From Methanomicrobiaceae archaeon UBA206 (lineage in GTDB: Archaea > Halobacteriota > Methanomicrobia > Methanomicrobiales > Methanoculleaceae): a stretch of 64,000 nucleotides of DNA. Shown piece after piece: positions 56,805-64,000 of the stretch (positions are counted from its first letter, which is position 1; each line of letters begins with the position of its first letter). The translations under genes were made by a program, and so were the position numbers. The notes under the pieces are model-generated. The model was not told where the DNA came from. It searched no databases and saw only the letters and a program-made list of their open reading frames with translations. The DNA lies in NCBI GenBank assembly GCA_002503105.1, contig DAQY01000028.1, forward strand, positions 4,524 through 68,523, in the 5' to 3' direction.

Positions 56805-59246
56805 ATGAGCCAGATCGCCCTCACCGCCGAGGAAGCGCGGGCAGCGTCCAGAGAGGAGCTCTTCCGGAGACTGGCCTCCCGCCCCGGGGGTCTCTCCGCC
56901 GCTGAAGCCGCGGACCGGCTGAAGCGGTACGGCTACAACGAGATACCTGAACGCAGGGTCAACCCGATCGTTCGGTTTCTCTCGTACTTCTGGGGACCGA
57001 TTCCGTGGATGATAGAATCTGCGGTGCTGATATCGATCGTCCTCGGCCGCTGGGAGGATTTCGCCATCATCTTCAGCCTGTTGCTGTTCAACGCCTTCGT
57101 CGGGTCGTGGCAGGAGAGCAAGGCGGATACCGCCGTCGGCATGCTGAAAAAGAACCTGGCGGTGCGTTCGATCGTGTTCCGGGACGGCCGGAGGGTCGGC
57201 GTTCCCGCCCGCGAACTGGTGCCCGGGGACGTCGTCCGGATCCGGCTGGGCGACATCGTCCCTGCGGATGTGAAGCTCGTCGACGGCGAGTACCTGCTGG
57301 TGGACGAATCGGCGCTGACCGGCGAGTCGCTTCCCGTTGATAAGCACATGTCGGATATCGCCTACAGCGGGACGGTCGTCCGGCGCGGGGAGATGAACGG
57401 GCTGGTCTTTGCCACCGGCACGGCCAGCTACTTCGGCAGGACCGCCCGGCTCGTCGCCGAGACGAAGACCGTCAGCCACTTTCAGCAGGCGCTCCTCAAC
57501 ATCGGGAACTATCTGATCAGTCTCGCGCTCGTTCTGGCAGTGGTCGTCTTCATTGTGGGCTTCATCCGCCAGCAGGGCGTGCTTGAGACCCTGCAGTTCG
57601 CCCTGATCCTGACGGTAGCCGCGATCCCTGCGGCGCTTCCTGCGGTGCTCACGACGACCATGGCCGTGGGCGCCATGGACCTCGCAAAACGGCAGGCCAT
57701 TGTGAGCCGCCTGATCGCCATCGAGGAGCTCGCCAGCATGGATGTCCTCTGCTCGGACAAGACGGGGACGATCACCGAGAACCGGCTGGCCATCGCCGGC
57801 ATCGAGAGCTATGCGGGGTTCACCAAGGAGGACGTGCTGCTCGCTGCCAGGCTGGCATCCCGGGAGGAGGACCGTGATCCCATCGGCATGGTGATCATCG
57901 AGCGGGTCGAGGAGACGGGGAACGTGGCGGCGCGCGTCGATATGTATCGCCCGGTCAGCTTCTCGCCCTTCGACCCCGTATCCAAGCGTACGATCGCCGT
58001 CGTGGAGGACTCCGAGGGAAAGCGGTTTTCCGCGGCGAAGGGTGCCCCGCAGGTCATCCTCGGCCTGACAAGAGACCGGCAGGCGCTCAGCGCGGGTGTG
58101 CTGGAGCTGATCGACGCCTTCGCCACCCGGGGGTACCGTGCCCTCGGAGTGGCGATGACGGACGAACTGGGGCGCTGGAGATTCGTCGGGCTGCTCGCCC
58201 TCTATGATCCCCCGCGGAAGGACTCTGCAGAGACGATCGCAACCGCACGCTCTATGGGGGTCGACGTCAAGATGGTCACCGGCGACCACACCGCGATCGC
58301 CCGCGAGATCGCAGCCGCGGTGAACATGCCCACGGCGGTGACCACCGCATCCTGCTTCCTGGGAAGGCCCGAACACGAGGCGGAGCAGATAGTCGAGGAG
58401 GCTGATGGGTTCGCAGAGGTCTTCCCCGAGCACAAGTACCGGATCGTGGAGCTCCTCCAGGCCAGGGGGCACGTCGTCGGGATGACCGGAGACGGGGTCA
58501 ACGATGCTCCTGCGCTCAAGAAGGCCAATGTGGGCATTGCCGTCGCAGGGGCCACCGATGCAGCGAGGTCCTCCGCTGCGATCATCCTCACGGAGGCAGG
58601 ACTGTCCGTTATCATCGACGCCATCAAAAAGAGCCGGGAGATCTTCCGGCGCATGAACAACTACGCAATTTACCGCATAACCGAAACGATCCGGGTGCTG
58701 TTTTTCATCGCCCTCTCCATCGTCGTCTTCGGGTTCTACCCCGTCACCGCCCTGATGATCGTCCTGCTGGCGCTGCTGAACGACTTTCCCATCATGACGA
58801 TCGCGTATGACAACGTCAGGTACTCAAAGACGCCCGAACGGTGGAATTTCATGACGCTGCTGGGCATCTCCACGCTTTTGGGTCTCATCGGTGTCGTATC
58901 GTCATTCGGACTTCTCTATATCGGAGTCGTGATTCTGCAGCTGAGCACCGCCGCTCTTCAGTCGTTAATCTACCTGAAACTCTCTGTATCAGGGCACCTG
59001 GTCCTGTTCGCCGCACGGACGACGGGCCCTTTCTGGTCGATCAGACCGGCGACGCCCCTGCTGCTGGCGGTCTTCGGGACGCAGCTGATCGCCACCCTGA
59101 TTGTGGTCTACGGGTTCCTGCTGCCCCCCATCGGGTGGAGCCTGGCGCTGTTCGTCTGGGTCTACGGGGTGGCTCTCTTCCTGATCACGGACTTCATCAA
59201 GGTGCGCGCCTACCCGCTGTTCGAGCGCGCCGGCATCCGGCGGTGA
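56805..59246 (+). CDS. P-type ATPase, plasma-membrane H+-ATPase (P3A) type
   Basis: Internal ATG 56805 after GGAGG. YGYNEI, TGES, CSDKTGTITEN, MVTGD, GMTGDGVNDAPALKKANVGIAV. Confidence 0.85.
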   Translation: MSQIALTAEEARAASREELFRRLASRPGGLSAAEAADRLKRYGYNEIPERRVNPIVRFLSYFWGPIPWMIESAVLISIVLGRWEDFAIIFSLLLFNAFVGSWQESKADTAVGMLKKNLAVRSIVFRDGRRVGVPARELVPGDVVRIRLGDIVPADVKLVDGEYLLVDESALTGESLPVDKHMSDIAYSGTVVRRGEMNGLVFATGTASYFGRTARLVAETKTVSHFQQALLNIGNYLISLALVLAVVVFIVGFIRQQGVLETLQFALILTVAAIPAALPAVLTTTMAVGAMDLAKRQAIVSRLIAIEELASMDVLCSDKTGTITENRLAIAGIESYAGFTKEDVLLAARLASREEDRDPIGMVIIERVEETGNVAARVDMYRPVSFSPFDPVSKRTIAVVEDSEGKRFSAAKGAPQVILGLTRDRQALSAGVLELIDAFATRGYRALGVAMTDELGRWRFVGLLALYDPPRKDSAETIATARSMGVDVKMVTGDHTAIAREIAAAVNMPTAVTTASCFLGRPEHEAEQIVEEADGFAEVFPEHKYRIVELLQARGHVVGMTGDGVNDAPALKKANVGIAVAGATDAARSSAAIILTEAGLSVIIDAIKKSREIFRRMNNYAIYRITETIRVLFFIALSIVVFGFYPVTALMIVLLALLNDFPIMTIAYDNVRYSKTPERWNFMTLLGISTLLGLIGVVSSFGLLYIGVVILQLSTAALQSLIYLKLSVSGHLVLFAARTTGPFWSIRPATPLLLAVFGTQLIATLIVVYGFLLPPIGWSLALFVWVYGVALFLITDFIKVRAYPLFERAGIRR

Positions 59247-59729
59247 TCGTCCGAACAGTCTGCTCATCCCCCTGACGCCGCACCGTCGGGGAGACCGATT
59301 CCGATCTGCGGGCGGTGGAGAAGCAGCCGCCAGAACACGACGAGGGACGGAGGGCTGATCAGCGCATAGGGCGAGGCGGCTGTCCGAGTCCCACGGGGAT
59401 GAGGAGGGATGCGACCGGGAACTCCGATATCCGGAAGGGCCCGGCAGCCGTTATTGCAGTTCTCGATCTCCTCCTCAGATCCGCCGCCCCCCCAGTCTTC
59501 AGGGAGAGCCGTCCCGATCACCCGGGCGTGCGCCGGATTGCGCCATCCGGGTACTCCGGTTGGCGGATCAGGTGGAAGAGCGTGGAGACAAACGCGATTC
59601 CGTCAAGGGCGCATTCCATGAGCATTACCGCGGCGGCCCCTCCCCCCCTCTGCCAGCACGGTGTCGAGTGCACGGTGAGGCCCAGCGAAGCGGCGCGGAT
59701 CGAGCTGGCGGAGGCACTCGAACGTCCGT

Positions 59730-60250
59730 TCATCGACGGTGAGCACAGGGGGTGAGGGCCATGGCGGCGGAGTACCGCACCGTCACGGTTCCCTGACAGA
59801 CAAAGTGCAGTGCGGCCGAGTTTATGCAGTAGCGCTTGTGGGTGGGAGGCGGTCCGTCATCGAAGAGGTGCCCCAGGTGAGCGTCACACCGGGCGCGCAG
59901 CACCTCGGTTCTGGTCATGAACAAGCTCCTGTCGATCGCGGTCCGGATATTCAGTTCAGAGATCAACTCTGAGAAGCTCGGCCACCCCGTGCCTGATTCG
60001 AACTTCGCAGCCGAGCTGAAGAGATCGGTGCCGCAGCAGACGCCCTCATAGATCCCGTTCTCCTTGCAGTCCCAGTACTTCCCGGTGAACGCCCGCTCCG
60101 TACCTTTCTTCCGCACGACGGCAAAACTGCTCAGGCGTTCAGCAGGCGCCGCCACCCGTCGTCCGGTCTGCTGCGAACCTTGTCGACCTCCTCCACTGTG
60201 CCGGTCCTGGCGGCGTTGTAGATACGGACTTTCCGACCTTCTGCTTCCAT
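59730..60250 (-). pseudogene. msrB: peptide-methionine (R)-S-oxide reductase MsrB; the N-terminal 39 codons are out of frame with the catalytic body
   Basis: Body ORF 59730..60155 has [45 protein letters not shown] and RYCINS. The upstream frame reads [39 protein letters not shown] then stop (60131-60250). Removing one A and one T restores [16 protein letters not shown]. Confidence 0.7.
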
Positions 60251-60689
60251 TTGACCTTCACCCACCAGTATCCCCCCGGTACGGTCTGTGGCACCCCTGT
60301 CCGGGCAGCGTATTAACAATTCCCCTCCTGTATGGGTGCGTCTGCTGCAGCAGTCGCCACGCGAAACGTCCGGCAGAGGCGTGCATCGATGCAGCAGCGG
60401 GAGGATCGCACCCGTCGGCCCGGCCCCCCTTCCGCAGCGTATCACGGCTCCGCAGAAGTCCCCTCTTCTGACCGGTTCCAGCCGATCCGCTCCTGGGCGC
60501 AGGTGACAGCGAGCTCGGGAAGAACCGGGGCCTCCTTTTTTCTGGATCTGTTGGGACCGTTTATACCGCCGGCGGCTGCCTGCTGCTCTCCGGGGTATAC
60601 GCCCGACCCGTACCGATTCGACGGACACTCTTTTTTTCCCAGCCCCGATCGATTGCGTTAACTGTTTCCGTGCCACACATTAACGCAGC

Positions 60690-60797
60690 ATGTTGATCGG
60701 ATTACCTGTACATACGGAGCTCATCGTTGGAGGCGCATTCGCCCTGACCGTATTCGTGCTTGTACTCTGGGGACTGCGGTTTCGGGTGGTCGCCTGA
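60690..60797 (+). CDS. 35-aa hydrophobic peptide translationally coupled to the sodium:solute symporter
   Basis: ATG 60690 gives MLIGLPVHTELIVGGAFALTVFVLVLWGLRFRVVA. Its TGA overlaps the symporter ATG (ATGA... TGATG at 60795-60799). It is below the ORF-track size cut-off. Confidence 0.4.
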   Translation: MLIGLPVHTELIVGGAFALTVFVLVLWGLRFRVVA

Positions 60798-62314
60798 TGG
60801 CGGATCTCGTCACGCTCGTCCTGATCGAGCTGTACTTCGTGGTGCTCATCGGCATCGGCAGCTGGGCATCAGGGAAGATCCGCAACGCGGAGGACTACAT
60901 CCTGGCAGGCAGATCGCTCGGGTTCTGGGTCTTCACCATCCTGATCGTCTGCTCCATCTGCAGCGGCATGACCCTGCTCGGCGTCAGCGGTTTCGGGTTC
61001 GCATCGGGCTGGCCGGGAATCTGGGAGCAGATCTTCGTGCCGCTCGCAGCAGCCTTCTGCATCATCGTTTTCGGCGTGAAGCTGCACGCCGTCGGCACGC
61101 TGAAGGGATACCTGACGGTGCAGGATTACCTCGCCCATCGGTTCGAGAGCCAGGGCGCGCTCAGGGCCCTCTCCGCCGTTGCCGGCATTATCGTCTCGCT
61201 GATCTATCTGATCGGCCAGTACACCGCCATCAGCATCGTGCTCGTCTGGCTCTTTGAGATACAGCACTGGGAGGCGCTGCTGATTGCGGGCGTCATCATC
61301 ACGGCGTACACCGTCGTGGGCGGCCTCTACGCTGTTTCGTGGACGACGCTCGTGCAGGGAGGGATACTCATCGCCGGCGTCCTCCTGATGGCGCCGCTGG
61401 TTATCGCCAGTGCGGGGGGTCTCACCCATATCAACGAGGTGCTCAGCGGTGTCGACCAGAACTTCGTGCAGCCCTGGTTCCCCTCGCCCGCCTACGCCCC
61501 GTACGCGTTCGCCACGCCGGAGTTCCTGCTGTCGTTCGGCCTCCTCCTGACGGTGGGTCTCGCCTGTGCGCCGCACGTCATCAACAACGTCCTCGCCGCA
61601 AAGGAGGACCGATACTTCCAGTGGGCGCCGCTCGTCGCCTTCGTCCTGTATGCGGCAGTGATGCTCCTGGTGAAGTTCACCGGCTTTGCCGTGCGTGCGC
61701 TCGTTGAGGAGGGGGCGATCGTCCTCCCCGAAACGGTGAACGCCCAGGACTTCGCCTTCATCGCCGGCGTCGAGTACGCGATACCGAACGTGATGATGTG
61801 GGCGCTCTTTGCGGTGGTCGTGCTCGCTGCGGTCATGTCCACTACTGATCGGCTCATGCTGACCGTCGGCACCATGTTCGCCTGGGACATCTACAAGAAC
61901 ATCCTGCGGCCGTCGGCGGCCGACCGCGAGGTGCTCGTCGTCTCAAAGGTGGCTGTCGTTGCGGCGGCCGGCGGCACGCTCTGGCTCGCGATCAGTCCGC
62001 CACCCATGCTGGCATGGCTGATCTGGATGGGCATCGGCGTCATGCTCGCCACCTTCGCCGTCCCGCTGCTCGCCGGGCTCTACTGGAGAGGGGCGACCAG
62101 GGAAGGGGCGATCGCCAGCATGTCTGTGGGGCTCGTCTCGGCGGGCGCCTTCGGGTACTGGCACCAGTTCGTGGCGAAACTTCCCGTTCATTTCAGCCTC
62201 TACGCCCTGATCCTCTCGGCGGTCGCCATGGTCGTCGTCAGCCTGCTCACCCATCGGAACGATGATGCGGTCCTCGATGAGACCCTGACCGGCTGGTTCA
62301 TCCAGCCGCGGTGA
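60797..62314 (+). CDS. sodium:solute symporter family transporter
   Basis: About 13 TM segments and an SSF-like N-terminal pattern (YILAGRSLGFWVF...). Confidence 0.85.
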   Translation: MADLVTLVLIELYFVVLIGIGSWASGKIRNAEDYILAGRSLGFWVFTILIVCSICSGMTLLGVSGFGFASGWPGIWEQIFVPLAAAFCIIVFGVKLHAVGTLKGYLTVQDYLAHRFESQGALRALSAVAGIIVSLIYLIGQYTAISIVLVWLFEIQHWEALLIAGVIITAYTVVGGLYAVSWTTLVQGGILIAGVLLMAPLVIASAGGLTHINEVLSGVDQNFVQPWFPSPAYAPYAFATPEFLLSFGLLLTVGLACAPHVINNVLAAKEDRYFQWAPLVAFVLYAAVMLLVKFTGFAVRALVEEGAIVLPETVNAQDFAFIAGVEYAIPNVMMWALFAVVVLAAVMSTTDRLMLTVGTMFAWDIYKNILRPSAADREVLVVSKVAVVAAAGGTLWLAISPPPMLAWLIWMGIGVMLATFAVPLLAGLYWRGATREGAIASMSVGLVSAGAFGYWHQFVAKLPVHFSLYALILSAVAMVVVSLLTHRNDDAVLDETLTGWFIQPR

Positions 62315-62474
62315 CTTTTCTCTGCGGCTGTCGGTTCCGGAACAGCCGATCCCACCCCTGATCCGGGGAGGGATCGCCCGCAACGCATCCCCGCCCTTCC
62401 GGCATCCCCTGTACGACTTCAGCAGACTTCCGGGTTCTCGCCGTCCTTCAGACCCCGTGATTGTCCCGCATCCC

Positions 62475-62687
62475 TCATCGCCAGAGATAATAGGCGATCC
62501 CCATCAGCGCCAGTCCAGCAAGGATGACCACGATCGCGTTCACCAGCGATCCGGGAGTGAAGAACAGCAGGAGCCCCAGCAGGAGCAGCACCACGCCGCC
62601 GATCCCCACAGCGGCGGAGACAGCGGCACCTATCCTTCCAGGCATGGATGATGATACCCGCCCTCCTTCATAACCATTCGCCACCAT
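62475..62687 (-). CDS. small membrane protein (two TM segments), unknown function
   Basis: Hydrophobic 70-aa ORF. The start may be the internal Met (MPGRIG...). Confidence 0.35.
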   Translation of the reverse strand: MVANGYEGGRVSSSMPGRIGAAVSAAVGIGGVVLLLLGLLLFFTPGSLVNAIVVILAGLALMGIAYYLWR

Positions 62688-62969
62688 CGACCGGCAGTGC
62701 GGTCACCCGGCACGGTGCGCCGCCGATTCCTCTGCACCCGCCCGCACCGCACACGCAACCCAAAAACCTGCTGTCAGCCCCTGCGGCTGCAGGAATGCTT
62801 TTTTTTACGGCGCCTGCCTTCAAAACGTACCATACATTACCGGCGGTTCTCCTGCGGCGCGCTGCTCCGTTTCTGCTCGCCCCGCTTCACCCCCGTATAC
62901 CGAAAGGTTTATAGCACCATCAACAGTGATAGCTTTTTCGTGACTGATGAGTTCACGCTTGCCACCGCG

Positions 62970-64000
62970 ATGGTCAGAATGTGGCTCGGGAACCCTCTTT
63001 CGCTGCGGTTGCTGCGCTTCGTTGCAGCTGAAGACGCCTGCGGGAACCGGCTGTCAAACGCCATCGACTACTACCTCGATCAGAAGACGGACGTCTGCTG
63101 GAGGTGCCGGCTGGCAGGCAAGATCCTGCGCCATACAGTCACACGGGGCGGGAAGCTCTTCGGCGTCTCCGAAGAGGCGATCCGGGAGGGGCTTGGAGTG
63201 ACCGTCTTCCGCAGAGGGCTGATCAGCGTCCTCGATGGGATCGCACGCTACGGTGTCACCATGCCCCAGATCATCAACGCGCCGTTCCTGGTGGTCTGGG
63301 ACTTCACGCACCGCTGCAACCTGAGGTGCAGGCACTGCTACCAGAATGCCCAGACGGCGCTGCCGGGCGAGCTGACGACGGACGAGGCGAAGAGCCTGAT
63401 CGAGGATCTCTCCGATGCCGGTGTGGTGGCGATCGCCTTCTCCGGTGGAGAGCCTCTGATGCGGAAGGATTTCTTCGAGGTGGCCCGGCACGCCCACGAC
63501 CACGAGATGTTCGTGGCGCTGGCGAGCAACGGCACCCTGATCTCGCCCGAGGTGGCTGACCGCCTGCGGGATGAGGCCTGCGTCGATTACGTGGAGATCT
63601 CCCTCGACGGAAAGGACGCCGCCAGCCACGACGCCATGCGGGGCATCTCCGGCGCCTTCGACCGGACGGTCGGCGGGATCAGAAACTGCGTGGGTGCGGG
63701 CATCTTCACCTGCGTCGCCACCACCGTCACGCGGAGCAACTACGCCCAGGCGCTCGACATCTACCGGCTCGCCCGCGATCTTGCGGTGCGCAGGTTCATG
63801 TGGTTCAACTTCATCCCGACGGGGCGGGGGACAGAGATGTGGAAGGAGGACCTTACACCTGAACAGCGTGAGGAACTGATGAGAGCACTGTACCTGCAGA
63901 ACACGGGTAACGGCACGGAGGCGCTCTCCACCGCACCCCAGTTCGCGCGGGTTGCGATGCAGGTGGAGCGGGACGGCAGAACGCCGGTCGGGCACTTCTA
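62970..64000 (+). CDS. radical SAM protein (SPASM/AhbD/NirJ-like core) with an N-terminal extension of about 100 aa; the 3' end lies outside the window
   Basis: The frame is open to the window end, so it is absent from the ORF track. VVWDFTHRCNLRCRHCYQNA (CxxxCxxC), FSGGEPLMRKD, SNGTL, EISLDG...HD..RG, FIPTGRG. Alternative start GTG 62940. TATA-like TTTATAG at 62908-62914. Confidence 0.8.
   Translation, partial: MVRMWLGNPLSLRLLRFVAAEDACGNRLSNAIDYYLDQKTDVCWRCRLAGKILRHTVTRGGKLFGVSEEAIREGLGVTVFRRGLISVLDGIARYGVTMPQIINAPFLVVWDFTHRCNLRCRHCYQNAQTALPGELTTDEAKSLIEDLSDAGVVAIAFSGGEPLMRKDFFEVARHAHDHEMFVALASNGTLISPEVADRLRDEACVDYVEISLDGKDAASHDAMRGISGAFDRTVGGIRNCVGAGIFTCVATTVTRSNYAQALDIYRLARDLAVRRFMWFNFIPTGRGTEMWKEDLTPEQREELMRALYLQNTGNGTEALSTAPQFARVAMQVERDGRTPVGHF

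Noticed and set aside
66-58472. Many long ORFs antisense to, or out of frame with, the called genes (for example 66..800-, 434..1453-, 3543..4922+, 12764..13873-, 14256..15524-, 15762..16925+, 17360..18568-, 18669..19799+, 20763..22034-, 40169..40849-, 46120..47193-, 56769..58472-)
   Set aside because: They are Arg/Pro/Gly/Ala-rich low-complexity translations typical of shadow frames in GC-rich DNA. Each overlaps a gene with clear family motifs on the other strand or frame.
59264-59730. A possible msrA relic downstream of msrB (msrA-msrB adjacency is common)
   Set aside because: I translated all three minus-strand frames and could not find the GCFW, GHAE or HDPT..QYRS motifs. Only a weak ..VVFWRL.. 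resemblance turned up, so the region is left unassigned.
62785-62813. Hairpin CAGCCCCTGCGGCTG followed by T8, considered as an intrinsic terminator
   Set aside because: No plus-strand gene ends nearby (the symporter stops at 62314, and a minus-strand small ORF intervenes). A T8 tract alone is weak evidence, so it is not called.

Overview
High-GC archaeal chromosome segment, most likely from a Methanomicrobia-type methanogen. The markers for this are F420 ligase CofE, an HdrA-like protein, the archaeal PoK/PPS coenzyme A route, DGGGP synthase, aCPSF1, proteasome beta, Sec61-beta, RFC, Trm1 and form III RuBisCO. I can support about 55 apparently intact protein genes and two tRNA genes, tRNA-Glu(CUC) and tRNA-Arg(CCU). 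No rRNA and no CRISPR array are present. Two things stand out beyond ordinary gene content. (1) Nearly every long intergenic gap holds fragments of one decayed repeat family, at 9 or more loci and roughly 4-5 kb in total. Conceptual translation of these fragments looks like an IS5-type transposase, and several copies abut genes truncated at their 5' ends. (2) Accessory genes are interrupted by frameshifts, several at short homopolymer runs, while all housekeeping genes read through cleanly. The affected genes are two of three tandem archaeal pilin-like genes, a secreted PQQ-propeller/cupredoxin protein, msrB, an ICMT-family gene, a CrtI-like oxidoreductase, an alpha/beta hydrolase and a DUF2179 gene. 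Other notable content: a bacterial-type pfkA-pgk pair bracketed by repeat relics; a tightly coupled operon of gamma-CA-like, HdrA-like, MtnA/eIF-2B-like and DUF116 genes; form III RuBisCO near a 6-phospho-3-hexuloisomerase; an orphan EncFtn-like ferritin beside a HepT/MntA pair; a processive GT2 synthase; TreT; and a P3-type H+-ATPase. All calls come from manual reading of the ORF translations and the DNA. No database search or alignment program was run, so family assignments rest on remembered motifs and coordinates of degenerate elements are approximate.
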